From assembly GCA_024137785.1 (NCBI GenBank), contig JAHRHZ010000067.1, positions 6,294,422 through 6,358,421 on the forward strand: a stretch of 64,000 bases of DNA, written 5' to 3'. The notes under the pieces are model-generated. The model was not told where the DNA came from. It did no database searches and was given only the letters and a program-made list of their open reading frames with translations. Within the stretch, counting starts at the first letter, position 1, and each line of letters opens with the position of its first letter. This stretch comes from Ginglymostoma cirratum. Its lineage: Eukaryota. The position numbers and the translations under genes are program-made. Shown one piece after another: positions 31,067 through 46,000 of the stretch.

Positions 31067-34000
31067 CTATAATTAGGACAAAGAAAACACAGACAACAAT
31101 CAACTTGTAACTTGCAAAAAGCATGCATTGCCTTCAAGAAACAAAGCAAAAATGTTTAATAATTTTCATTGCAACTGTAATCTAACATATACAATATGTA
31201 GTAACAGCTATTCAATGCTACATGTACTTTCATAACACTATACATTTAGTCCATTGGTCATGGTCCATTACCCTGCATACAGTCAAGGAAGTCAACTGCA
31301 ACAAAACTGGAGTGCCCTTAGAACTCGCAACGCCCTTGTTTAATAGTCACTTCAAATATTCTCAAAGCATACAACTAGAATAAAAAAAAGTTCTTAAAAC
31401 TTTCTAAAATCATTACTGCTTTTTTCCTTCTGTTCTTTGTCCATCATCCGAGTTTCACCCAACTGCTGCTCCAAACAGTAATATTACTGCAAAAACCCTT
31501 CCAATACTTTCAGCCCTTTTTGTATCTCCAGGCCTTGCCAACATGTAATATTCGTGCGATCACATGGACCGTTAGACCAAGGAATGGCAGTTGGAGTTTA
31601 ATTTAAATAATTGTAAGGTGTTACATTTTGATAGGGCATATCAGGGCAGGACTTATGACTTAATGATAGGGTCCACAGGAGAGTTGCTGAACGGAGAGAC
31701 CTTGGGGCGCAGGGTCGTAGATCCTTGAAAGTGAAGCCACAGTTGACAGGTTAGTGAAGGCCGTGTTTGGTACACTTGCCTTTATTAGTCAGTACATAGA
31801 TTATAGGAGTTGGGATGTCATGTTGCAGCTGTACAGGGCATTGGTGAGGCCACTTTTAGAACACTGCGTTCAATTCTGGTCTCCCTGCTGTCAGAAAATT
31901 ATTGTTAAACTTGAAAGGCTGCAGAAAAGATTTACAAGTATGTTGCCAGGATCGGAGGGTTTGAGTTACAGGGAGGCGCTGAATAGGCTGGGGCTATTTT
32001 CCCTGGAGTGTCAGAGGTTGAGGGGTGACCTTATAGAGGTTTATAAAATCATGAGGGGCATTGGTGAATAACCCAGGTCTTTTTCCCAGGGTAGGACAGT
32101 CCAAAACTAGAGGGGATAGGTTTAAGGTGAGAGGGAAAAGATTTAAAAGGGCCAATGTTTTCACACAGAGGGTGGTGCGTGTATCGAATGAGTTGCCAGA
32201 GGAAGGGGAGGAGGCTGGTACAATTACAACATTTAAAAGGCATCTAGATAGTTACAAAAATAGGAAATGTTTAGAGGGATATGGGCCAAGTGCTGGCAAA
32301 TCAGACTGGATTAAGTTAGGATATTTGATCAGCATGGATCAGTTGGACCGAAGGGTCTGTTTCCGTGCTGTACTGCTCTATGACTGAGTCTATTCATGGT
32401 CCTTCACTACAACTGTTGTGCCCAATGATTCAGTCACAAGATATATCACAATCTCAACAGTTTTCTGAGATAGTTGCTGTAGATAACAGCACTATTCTAC
32501 AACAGAGAGAAAAAAAAAATCACACTTGCACCAGACCTTTGGGCTGCTTCTGTTCACTGCACCTTAGGGAACTCTCGTGACTGCTCAAGATTCACTTTTG
32601 CAGTTTAAGAAGTCATGTGAAATCCTTGAGATCCACTGCAGGTGCTGAACTCATGCTATTCTTGTTTGCATAGCTGTTGTGAAAGCAGGTGTTGCATTTA
32701 ATAGCTGAAGCATGGTATTAAAATAACAGCTGCATGAAGAATCTCAATTTGCCATGATCAGCAGCCACTGAAAACAAGATTAAAAATTGTCTGGCAGGAT
32801 CTTTTCCGATTGTTTTCTGCTTCTTATTTCACACAATGTATGAGATGAAGCTCTAAGCAGACAATACATCCTTTGTTCATCTGCTTTTTCCTCATTTTTA
32901 AAACAAAAGTACAGACTGTACGATACAATTCTGTTGTAATATTACTTTCCAAGCGCATTTAGAAAAAAATGCAGGATCAGTGTTGAATTGTTTTGTATCT
33001 CACATACAAAATTAACAAGTACAAAATCATTATTTGTATGTTCATCCAATATAGACTGACCGGACACAAAAAAAAGGATAGATTTTTAAAACCAAGTTTA
33101 AAACAACGAATTACATTTTCAGCTTCTCTGTGGAAGAAACTTTGTTAATAAAGTAGAGGAAAGTTAGTCAATTTCCTACAGCAACAGCGTCAGTCTGACA
33201 AAGATAGTCAATTCCTAGGAACAAACTGATTAATCCATTAAATCTTGCCAAAGATTGAGTGGGGAAAAAATGTTCCATTGGGATATTTGATACATATTCA
33301 ACTATTCATAAACTTAGAGCAAATATCTCAGCCTGCTTTGAGATAGAGAGATCATTGATCTTTCATATTAATAATTCATTTCTCTACTATGTAATGCTAG
33401 CCAATAATTCCATCAGTAGTTTGTGTGAAACAAAATTCTCTTGCAATAAATGCATTCAGATTCATTTCAGCAACATTTAAGAGGATTTGGCTGACTGAAT
33501 TCAGTTGCTACAAAATGCTTTTCTTAGTCTGCATATCTGCTGGAATCTTTAAATTTGCTCTATCTCCTTACACAATATAGACAAAATGGATAATATATTT
33601 AGTCCTAATTCCCTCCCTCACCCCATTGTCAGCACAGGCCTTCCCTGTTTAATGCATGCTTTAACATCGTGGCTTCATTTGAGTGCAGCTTCAGATTAGG
33701 GAACGTTCTCCAAATAGCTTTGTCTACATTTTTGTTTTAGCACAGTTATGGAATACGCTTAAGTCTTTTTTAAAAACAAACACTTGCCTCCAATTCACTG
33801 TTTCCCTTCCCAACCCTCCCATGCTGCCCGTCTTGCGTTCCTCCTCACTGTAAACAGGAAGGTTGGAAAAGCAGTGCTGCCGAGGAGTTGCCAAGAGGCA
33901 GGATGGTGCTCAGTGGTTAACATTACTGCCTCACAGGGCCAGGGTCCTAGGTTTGATTCCAGGCTCGGGCGACTGTCTGTGTGGAGTTTGCACATTCTCC

Positions 34001-37000
34001 TTGTGTCTGCATGGGTTTCCTTCAGCTGCTCTAGTTTCCTCCCACAGTCCAAAGATATGCAAATTAGGTGACTGGCCAGGCTAAACTGCCCACAGTATCC
34101 ACAGTTATGCAGGCTGGGTGGATTAGCCACGGGAAATGTGGTGTTACAATGATTGGGGGGGGGGGGGGGGGCCTGGGTCAGATGCTCTTCGGAGGGTTGG
34201 TGACGACACGATGTGCTAAATGGCCTGCTTTCACACTGTTGGGATTCCATGATTCTAAGTTTGAAGTTTGGGAGAGTTTTAGAAACCAGTAAAGGGTGAC
34301 TGAAAAATGATTGAGGAAGAAATAGACAGTAGTAAACAAAAAGGGAAATATAAAAGAGATTGACATTTGTCCAAATAGCAAAAACAATAGTGAAAGTAAA
34401 CATAGATCCTTTGAAAGGTGAGATAGAAGAAATTATAGTGGGGAATAAGAATATGTCAAAGATGTTCAACAAATATGTTGTATCTGACACAGTAGAAGAG
34501 ACAGAGTGGGGAGCCAATGATCTAACAGAAGGAATTCGAAGGCTTCAAACTCAAACATCTTCTGCAAATGTACTCCCAAAAGATACACATTAGGACCCCT
34601 TGCAAGTTCTGACACACTGATTATGAGGTAATTATCTGGGAAATTTAAACTTCCAGTGAGCACTTACCCCACATTTGTAGACCTTTGGAAAAATCTCCAA
34701 CCTTTTACAGCACTAGCTGTTGTATTCCAACTCAGAGTCAGAGATTTTACAAGATTCTATCTCATTTACCCAGATAGATCCCCAGGAAGAGATAGACAGT
34801 TTAAAACCATGAATAACTTCTATGCAACTCAACAACTAAAATCTCCCTAATGGAACCTCAACTCTCCACCTCTGACTCCTCTTTGATCCTCCGCCAACTA
34901 CCCTGCCTATATCTTTTATACTCATTCACCCACCTGCTACCCTACCTGCTTAACTTCTCTCCTTGGCATCTCAAAGAGGTTTTGGATATTTAAACTGTTA
35001 ATTTCTTTGGGAATATAGCAAGTAGTGTCATAAAAGGAGGAAGTGGCTTTTGCAAAAGTTTGCCACCTTCATTGTGAAGATTCTTGCAGTGGGCAAGTTC
35101 CGCAGAATCCACTAAATAGGAGTCGGCACAAAGAATTGCAGTTTAAAGAAAAACTAAGTAACTTTCGTCTAAAATCCTAGAACTGACCCAGATTGGAAAA
35201 CTTGGGCCAAGCGGAAAATACTAATTACAAAATACTGGAGAAGTTATTGGTCTGTAAGTTGAAAAATCTCCTGCACCTAATGGCGTAGAACTAGAGTTCT
35301 AAAAGATGTGACTGCAGAGATAGTGTATGCACTGGTTGTGATTTTTCACAATTTCTTAGAATCTGGAATTATTCCAGTGGATTGCAATAAAGCAACACAA
35401 CATTGCAACTCCAGAAAAGTGGGGAGAGAGAAAACAGAACCACATCAGTTGTACGAAAAATGTTGGAATCTATTAGTAAGTAGAATTAACAAGTACTTAG
35501 AAAATCATATGATTAGACAATGTCAGCGGTTTTAGGAAAGGGCAATGATCAGTGACAAACTTATCGGAGCTTTTTTTTAAAAAAAGGATATACCTAACAA
35601 GATGGATAAAGGGGAACCAGTGGAAATAACATATTTGGATTATTAAAAAGTAATAACTGCCACAGGAAAGATGAGGACTCCTGGGTTTTGAGGTATTAGT
35701 ATGGGCAGATGATTGATTAATGAACAAACAATAAGAATAAATGGGCCATTTTTAAATTGATGAGGTGGTGCTGGTGTTGGACTGGGGCGGATAAGGTCAG
35801 AAGTCACATGACACCAGATTACAGTCCAACATGGTTTACCTGAAATCACAAGCTTTCGATGCGCTGCTCCTTCGTCGGGTGAGGTGGCTCCACCTGACAG
35901 CAGAGTAGCGCTCCGAAAGCTTGCGATTTCAAATAAACCTGTTGGACTATAACCTGGTATCGTGGAACTTCCGACATTTTTAAATTAGTCAGCTCTTATT
36001 AGTGCAGTCACGCAAGCATCTCATTGGGACATCAGCTTACAACGATTAAGATGGAGGGATTGTGTGGAACATGTCTAATTGGAGACAACATGAAACTAGA
36101 TAGGCAAGTTAGTATGGAGAACTATGCAAAATATTTTAAAACATATAGTCTGGTTTTTGGGCAAGAAGTTAGAACATAATGCAAGAAAATGTGGCAAATT
36201 TCATTTTGGTAGGAAACATAAAACAATATTTTTCTACATGGCGTAAAACTATTAAATGTGGGTGTCCTGCCAGACAAAGCACCTGACAGTATAATGTATA
36301 TTACCTTACCCAAGAGAGGATGCATGTGTTTTTTTTGAAGGGGTGGGGCATGCAGTGAAGTTTCTTTAGATTATTTCCTCGGATGTGCAAATTGTCTTTG
36401 TAGAATGATTGAAAAGAATTGGCCACTGTTCTTTATCGCTTAGAAGATTGGGATCAATCTCATCAAGACCTGGGGACACTGATTCTCCCCTAGCTGCCGT
36501 CTAGAAATGGAAGGAGGGGGTAGTGGATGGTTTCAGGATAAGAAGTTGACCATTTAGGACTGAGATGAGGTGAAATTTGTTCAAAGAGTTGTGAATCTTG
36601 GGAATTTTCTACCCAGAGAACTAATGGCATTCAGTCATTTAGCTTATTCAAGACAAAACTGATAGATGTTTTGGTCTCTAACAAAGTCAAGGGATAGAAG
36701 CATTGGACAGGAAAGTGCAGTTGAGTTTGAAGACTGGCCATGACACTAGCGAATGGCAAAGCAGACTCAAGGGGCCTTCTGGTTCTCTCCTGCTCATATT
36801 TCTGACTTTATTGTTTAATCTCTTCATCATCTCCCTACCTCCTTTTATCCTGCTTCTGTACTTGCTTAAAAACTTATATATTTCAATCACTTCCTGGTTC
36901 AGATAAGAGGACATCGACCTAATACATGACTTCCATTTCTTCCTCTAAAGATGCAGTTTGTCCTGTTCAACATTTTAACTGTTTCCAGTTTTTATTTCAC

Positions 37001-40000
37001 ATTTCCAATACTTTTTTTCTGTATTAACAACAGATAGAATTGAAGGCAGGTGGAGTAAAAGACTTGGTGGGGGGTCTACAAAAGGCTGAGTGTGTGTGTG
37101 AAGGCAGGAAAAAGGAAAATAGATGATAGAGAGACAGAGAAAAAAGGTAGCAATAAAAGGTTCCTGCCTATGATGAATATACAGTGTTTTGTTTAAAAAA
37201 AAATCTACCAATGTAGCTTTATAGAGTCATAGTGTAATACAGCATGGAAACAGGCCCTTTGGCCCAAGCTGGTCCATGCTGGCCATGGTCCCCACTCAGC
37301 TCATTCCAACTGCCCACATTTGGTCCATATCCCTCTAAACCCTTCCTCCTATCCATGTACGTATCCAAATGATTTTTTAAAATGTTGCTATTGTACCTAC
37401 CTCAACCACTTTCTCTGGCAGCCCATTCCATATACGCACCACTCTCTGCATGAAAAGAAGTTTCCCCTCAGATCCTCCTCAAATCTTTCCCCTCTCACCT
37501 TAAACCTGCACTCTCTAGTTTTCAATTCCACATCCTTGGGAAAAAGGCTATATGCATTCATCCTTTCCATACCCCTCATGATTTTATACACCTCAATGAG
37601 GTCACCCCTTTTTTCCCTACGTTCCAAGGAATAAAGTCCTTTCCTGGCCAACCTCTCCCTATAATACAGGCCTACTAGTCCTGGCAACATCCTCATAAAT
37701 CTTCCTTGCACACTTTCCAGTTTAATTATGTCTTTCCTATAACAGGGTGACCAAAACTGCACACAATGCTCCATGTGCGACCTCACCAACAACTTATACA
37801 ACCGTAACGTAATGTCCCAACTCCCATACTCAATGCCTCGACCGATGAAGGCCAGCTGCTAAATGCCTTCTTCACCACCCTGTCTACCTGTGATGCTGCT
37901 TACAACGAACTATGTACTTGTACTCCTAGGTCCCTCTGCTCCACAACACTCCTCAGGACCTTACCATTTACTGTATATGTCTGATGTTGGTTTGACTTTC
38001 CAAAGTGCAGCACCTCACACTTATCTGTATTGAATTGCATTTGCCAATCCTCAGCCCACTTCCCCATCTGATCAAGATCCCTCTGTAATTTTAGTTGCAC
38101 CAACTGCCTAAAATTCACAAATCATTGAATGTTGATTATTTGTTGCTATTTTCAACACTCATACCCGGGATGTGAAAAATAAGCACTTACCTGAGACACA
38201 CAAATGTTTTCTTTACATTCTGGTCCACTGTGAACAACACAACATGTTATTTCAGCAGTTCTTAACAATAATATTGTTAAAGATTTATTGTTTCAGCAGC
38301 ACTAATTCATTACCTTTGTGGACTTTGCGACGAGTGGCTCACTTTGTGCTTGTTGTACAACATCATTGACTATCATCTTGGCGATCCGCCATGCCATCTC
38401 TTCCTGTGCCTAAAACAGAAAACTTCACAATCTTATATTGTTACATGGCTGGTGAATGGATAAAACTCTATTTTAACGCAATTAATTCCCTAGTTTCAAA
38501 AACAAAAGTTGCTGGAAAAGCTCAGCAGGTCTGGTAGCATCTGTGAAGAAAAAAATGTCAGAGTTTCTCTAGTTTCATCACTTTCATTTTACCCTCCCTT
38601 TTGTGAATTTTTAAAAAATATATATATGTATATTCATAGGATGTGAGCTTCTCTGGCTGGGCCAGTGTTTACTGCCCTTCCCTTGTTCCCCTCGAGAAGG
38701 AACTGATCAGCTATCTTCTTGAACTGCTATAGTCCATTTGGTGTAACTACATCTACATCGCTACTAGGGAGGGAGTTCCTGGATTCTGCAACATAGCCAT
38801 CACACCCATCTTAATGTGAAACATCGCACGATTGCGGGGAATTCGATGCAGTTTCCCAACAGCATTCAAATTGGAGGGAAGGGAAGGGAGGTTAGCCATT
38901 ACTATTGCACATATAGCAGCTTTGGAATCTAACTGGATCTTGAGGTATATAATCTAAATTATGGATCATATATCTAGGATATGAAAGCCAACGATACAAG
39001 TTGTGCACACAATTATGATCACTTTTAAATATTAGAATCTGACCAACAAGATCCGGGATCAGAAAGGTGAAAAATAAATATTGACCAAGTATTCAAAATT
39101 CTTAAGGGAAAGATAAATTGAACCTGAAAATGTGCATCAAACTTATTAACTGGCACCAATGGTTTAGCTGGTAGCACTCAACTGAGTCAGAAGCTTAGGG
39201 GCTCCAGACACACACTAAATTTAAACTTCAATACAATACCAGTTCAAGTGATTTAGATTGACGGTTAAAGATCCCTCAGCAATATCTGAAGTGGAAGGAC
39301 TGCCCTCAGCCAACATCATAAAAACAGATTTCGTAATCATTCACCTAATTGTTGCTGGTGGGTTTTACTGTGTACATTATAACCATTGTGTTTACCCAAT
39401 AATAAACAGCATCTGTACAAAGTAATTCATTGAATGCAAATTGCTTTGGGAAATACTACAAGTACTGATTCCCACTTTTCTTCACTTAGGAAACAACATT
39501 CATTCTATCTGAAGAAAGTTACCCACTAAGATTTCTATGGAAGCATCACCCACCGGCCTGATACCCTCTTTATATGCACTGGTTATGCAGGGTACAGTTA
39601 CCTCCCCAAGTTTAATTGAGTGGATGGGGAGAAGGGTTAAATGATGACTAATTCAATTCTGCCATAATATTCAACAGTTACGATCAAACGTGATTGAATC
39701 AAATTTGGGCATTTATAGAAAATATTTTTGATTAGTTCACTATTGAGGAGAAAAATAAAAGACAGAGGCATAATTTACAAAAAGAGAATCAGAATCCAAC
39801 ACACAATTAACGCAAGTGACAGATTCATTCATAGTGTCACAAAGCACCTCAGGGATAACAGTAGAAGGTTGTGCCGAAAGGGAAATATTGACGGGTTGGA
39901 TGCAAGTTCAAAACACAGAATGGAGATGAGGATTTTATGAAAAGATGGAAATGACATAGGCTGATATTAAATATGAACAGTAGATGGAGGCCAATGCCCA

Positions 40001-43000
40001 TGGGCTGTTGTGTGTTAATCATGGCTATAAATAAATGTGGTACTAGTTAATTCTGACATGGATCATAAAAATACAGGAAATACCAATCATGTTTGAAAAC
40101 AATCTGAATTTTCTGTAGCTAGAGACTGGAATTAATTAAATTCATGCAACAAATGTGGTACAAATGAAAAACAAAATCACTGTGTACTGATCCCTAGTGA
40201 CCTCATCAAAAACATTAGAAGTTGCAGGAATGGATAAGATCATTTCGTCTATATAGTCACACTAGTTTGCAAGCCATATTTGGCAGATGAATGGGTTGGC
40301 TTTTCTGACTGTGCTGTTAAAGTAGATGAGCTCTTTCCTGCAGCACTGCATGGCCAAACAAGGTGTTTGTTCATTACAATACAAATTATTTTTGATTTCC
40401 AATTTTGAACTCATGGAATTAGGAGACTTTTTATATTTTTAATGGACAAGATAATCAGAGGAAAGTACAAAGGTCATGTCCATGTCAGTGTAGCAGTAAG
40501 ACTATATCCATAATTGCGTGGTAGCATTGAACTTAAACATTGCTAAAAGGAAACACAAAGTCTATCAAGACTGGAAGGCAAGAAAATGAACATTGAAAAG
40601 GAACGCCAATGTATGCAGCTTGAGGAGAGGGTTTGACTGGTTGGACCATGGTCGGCATAGACCTGCAGCTGGGCTCTGACATAGGGAATACAACACAAAC
40701 TGGAAGTCTGATACACTCCATCAATGAGAAAGGTACTACGTTTGCTCAAACACCTGCCTATTTGGAACAGAGTATTGTGTGTAACCACATACCACTTCTG
40801 TCACACACAAAGGAAACACATTGAGCCCAAGTGATTATCTTAAGTTGTTTCCATTGTAATTCTTAGCACAATTAGGATTATTTAGTAAATGCTGTTCAAC
40901 AGTAGAATCGCATCTAGTGCCAGACACTATGTTCAGAATTTTGAGAGAATGGTTGTGAGCACGCTGCCCATTTTGGACAGTTAAAGACACGTGTGTTTGA
41001 CAGTGAGACCTACATACTACATTAAATATTTGTCTCAGTCAGAAAATTTTTGGTGTGATAGCAGTAACCCATTATTGGAGAGTAGCAGTGTGAGATGTTT
41101 AGCTAACCGGAGTCAACCTGCCTGGTTTGAAATTAATCAGCTAGCTAAGATCGACAGTTCACAGATCCTGCTACATCTGCATGGCAACCACGATCCAACA
41201 AATCAGCACCCTATTCTCACCCTGTATAAATTGGTGTTCCCTTCTGAAGTTTGGTTTCTTACATCCCAGTCCTGTTAAATGCAAGACTAAAAGCTTGTGT
41301 CTCTTTTTAGACATGTTATGACTACGTTACTGTCAATGAAAATTATTGTGCTTGTCACATTTTCTGATGTGAGGATGAACTGTTGACTTCTACCGGAACA
41401 GTGTAAGATGATGCAAGGGATGTGGAAGAGTCTACAAACACTGTAGAAAGTGATAATCTTGTGACACTTCACTATCATCACCTTAAACATTCCAACCAAA
41501 CCGAGAATTGCTTTGCAAATTATAAATTACTGATGTTTCAGAGTAAAGGATGACCCAATTTTAAAAACTTTCAGTCAAAATAAAACATTTACCTCATCTG
41601 TGCTCCCTTGTACCCATTTTTTCATGGCCTGTGAAAACATGGAACCTGTTTGATATAATATAGAAATAGGTTTTTAAACAAAAGTAATTTTGAATAGGAG
41701 TGCGTAGAATTCCTCCTGGTTATAGTTTCCAGAAAGATAACAATATGCCTGTTTACAAGGTGTTAAGACGATGGTCGAGATTTTAAAATAGTAATGCTGT
41801 TGTTTTTATGCTCCATTTAGCACAGTTGCTGATGCCAGTGATGATTACAGATTGTTAATTGCAATGATCCACTAGGTGAGCCTTTAATCTCCACCAGTTC
41901 TGTCAAGGGAAAGTAACAATTCATGGGAGAGGAGGGAGGACAAGAAGTGAGGAAAAAGCAAACCGTGGCTGATTCAAGGCCAGTAATCATTAACAACATT
42001 CACTTTCTACATTTTTTTTCTTTCCATGTCTCCATTCCTTTCCTTCGGAGGTCATCTTGCACAATATATTGAACAAGTTATTTGTCAGCCATTGTGTTTG
42101 TGAAGTACTACACAAACCACGTTGCTAGACTGTAAGTATTCACAAGGTTTCCTTATATCAGATCTGAAGAATACCATAAGAACTTACATTTATATGGTGC
42201 CTTTAATGTAGTGATACGTCCCAAGGCATGTCACTGGAGTGTAATTCAGACAAAAACGGACACCGAGTCAATGACTGAAAAACAGCTCGAACATCTCTCA
42301 AATATAAACAATGTGGGTGAACACTTACCTTTTGACTTTTTTACATCAGGCTCTGGTTCAGACTCTCTTATAAACTGGCCAAGTTCATTTATCTTCCCAA
42401 ATGTCATTCTCCTAACAAATAAATCAAGAATAATTTTGACACAATTGACAAAATTAAAACAATTTAGTGCTCCCTCAAATTTTGTGTTATGTGCCATAGT
42501 CTGGAATGACACAGCTCTCTATTAGAAATGGAAGTCCCTGTAAGGTAACGAGTTAGTCTAAGTGCAAACCAAATTGAATAGACATAAGAAACATGATCTA
42601 TGGTATGGCTGGTGGGGAATGCTAAACGTAATCTAAGTTAATAAACGTACTGAGCTATAAGAAGAATAGATAAAATTGATGAAACTGCAATGTTTTTTTT
42701 GAAAGGTGCCTCTAACTGTAGCAGGGTCCAAGCTTTTGTTAAATGTTTAATAACACAGAACTCAGTTACATCTGAATGAGCCCAAGGACATTACTACATA
42801 CCATGCCCAGCAACAAGAGCTTTTAAAAGAACTTTTGAGTTGAATCACAAGCAATTGTAAGCCATTAGAGTGGAATGGTTTTGCAGTTTACAGCATTCGG
42901 CTCTAAAAGAGTGAAAGCAATTGGCATTTTTGTCAAATTAAGTGCTACATATTAAAATAAAAGCACAATTTCAGTTAGTCTTGGTATCATAATGTAAATG

Positions 43001-46000
43001 TTTTAGTGTTTTTTTTAAATGATCTGGAAGTTTGTGCTTTTTGTCCCAAATCCTCTCTGGACACTTATTACAAAACAGCTGTGTAGCAGACAAGAAAAGA
43101 CCTGCTGGCTCATTCAGCCTATTCCACATTAATGTGACGCCTTGTGCATAACAATACATATATTCCCACAATCTACCAACTAACTTGCAATTTCCTGGGA
43201 GGTACAGAAAACAAAAACAAGACAATTAGGGAAATATAACCTGTGTCTTCCTCTGCATGAAGAAGCTTAATGTACCTAATAGTGCAGCTAACAACTTTTC
43301 TATTGCACCCTGATGTGAATTTAGCAAGTATTCAGTGACAAGACTAACAGAGAACATGAGCTTCCCAACTTAAGTATTTCCAAAATTGGTATAACTCACC
43401 CTGCAAAAGTCCTGTGATACAAAGATTCTGGTTCTAGACTTGCAGCATCAACGACTATTGCTTCATCAAAATTTTTCAGGATTTTTACTGTGGCCTTTCT
43501 GGTGCCGTGCTATTTAAAAGAGGTTAATATCAATGTTGATACAAAAACAAAGTTATACTGCTTACATTTATCCTGGTCGAGCTGTGGGCAGTAGTGAGTG
43601 CACAAGAAGTATCAAAGAATCACAGGATGGTAATAACACAGTTTGAGGCAGCTCTCTGCAAGAACAATTTAACTAGTTCCATGCCTCTGCCCTTTGACTG
43701 CAGCCCTTTCACTACCTTCTGGTAATTATTTAATTCTGTTTTGAAAGCCACAATTGAATTTGCCTTCAAAAACTTTTCAGGCACCAAATTTTAGATATCA
43801 TCCCCAACATTTGCTCATGGCATCTTTGCTTCTATTGTCATTCACTGTAACTTAGTGACCTACGGTATTCAATCCTTCCACTAATGGGAACAGTTTGTCT
43901 TCATCTATATGTATGGACGGTCATCATTTTGAGCACCACTCTCAACCTTTGCTTCTCTAAGATGACAGACAGCAACTCCAATCCAAGCATTTGAAGTGCT
44001 TCATCCTTGGAACCATTCTCCATTTTTCTTCCCACCTTCCTTAATACCTTCGCATCCTTTCTTACATGTGGTGCCCAGAATTAGACAACAATCCATAGTC
44101 TCCATAGTGTAGAAACAGGCCATCTGGCCCAACAAGTCCACACTGACCCTCCAAACAGCATCACACACAGACCCACCATCCACCCAATATTTCCAATAGC
44201 TAACACATCTAACCTACAAACCCTTGGTCACTATGGAGCAATTTAGCATGGCCAATCCACCTGACTTGCACATCTTTGGACTGTGGGAAGAAACCAGAGC
44301 ACCTGGAAGAAACCCATGCAGATACAGGGAGAACGTGCAAACTCCACAGTCACCTGGGGGTGGAATCGAACCCAGGACCCTGGTGCTGTCAGGCAGCAGT
44401 GCTAATTACAGAGCTACTCTACTGATGCTGAGCCCGCATTTCATGAAAGGTTCGTCATAACTTCCTTGCTTTTGTATTTATAAAGACCACAATCCTGTGT
44501 TTTTTTTTTAAATCACTTTCTCAACCTTTTTCAATAATTTGTGCACAGATACCTCAGGCCTCTCTGTTCCTATGCTTCCTTTCGAATGGTAGCTTTTAGT
44601 TTATATTAGATCTTCTTGGTCTTTCCATTAATATGCAACACCACAAACTTCTCTGCATTAAAATTCATGTCACAAATCTACCCATTCCACCAGATGATCG
44701 ATGCCCTCTTCAAATTTAACTCTTCCCTTCCTAGTTTACATCTAACTTTTGTGTCTTCCGAAATTAAATGTTACAGCAGATAATAAATGCCTAAAGTTGC
44801 ATGGGAGAATATAAATCCTGTTTGACCAAATCCAGTTAAATCACAGCAATTAATGCTTTTGGCTATACACCCATCCATTCATATTTGGCTCTTAGGGAGC
44901 AAAATTCCTAGCATGGACCTGTTAATAGTGAATGAATTACTGAACAGAAACCCGTTTCTGTTCAGTAAATAATATGTAATTCTTCCAGGAATCACAGGAT
45001 GAGACAGTCCAGAATCTTGCCAGGTCATCCAGGTGTTAAAACCTAAGCTTCAACGACAGACCATTGTCTCAGAATTGCAGTTCCATTCTCAGAACTATTA
45101 TTTTATCTCTTCAAGGGGATATGACTTTATTAACATTCATTTTTAGTAAATTCTGGAGCACTGACTCTTCCTTCAATCAATTCCATCAACATAGACCGAG
45201 TAATCTTTCGTGTTATTTGCTGTTTGGACAACCTGCTGGATACAAATTGGCTGCTGTACTTCAGCTTGACTTCATAACATCAGTAAATTTCAAGAGTAAA
45301 TTTGATGGGGACCAATTATTTTGGAATATTCTGAAGGCATGATCGACCATGTGAATTAAAGTGTGTTTTTCCCCTAATTCTATGGTAACAAATTGGCCTT
45401 TTTTTTTTGAAAAGAAGAAGTATACAAGTGACAAAATAAGGTGGATCCGACACTCCAGTACATTCTAAAATTTAGGCTATGAATATGAGCTACAAAATCA
45501 GATGTATATTAAAATATTCTGAAAACAAAGGCCTTCCATACCTGTGCTGCACTACCATCAGACAAGCCTGTGCCGGGCTCATGCTCATGAGGGCTATTTG
45601 GTCCTTGGCCAAGAAAGGGAGTGTAGGCTCCGGTAAATTCATCATTCCGTACTGAATGGATGAGATCATTCAAGTATTTGTAATACAAGTTACTAGACAA
45701 GAAACCAGGTAAGTAAACCTGAAAGGCAGAAGAGAACAGGTTATTTATAAATGAAGATGAAGAAAACAATCTGGATATTGATCAATATTTACCATCAAGC
45801 ACTGCAGTCAACATTCACAGATTGTCCTTGTTCTAAAAGTCAGCCAATTGGCTAATCATATTTGTGCTTCACCCCATTCTGTTCCACCACTAAATTTCTC
45901 TAGTTGTAATTCACTTACTTTGTACTTTTGAATTTTCAGGTGCCAAATTGAAGACGAAGTCTAATACACTTAATAGCTCACAAATCAATTGTACCTTCTT

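Noticed and set aside
34144-34171. Long G run, potential G-quadruplex
   Set aside because: Homopolymer expansion in the variable region of a SINE; not distinctive
33795-34517. 240-aa minus-strand ORF
   Set aside because: Runs through an HE1 SINE and CR1 debris; no protein-like features
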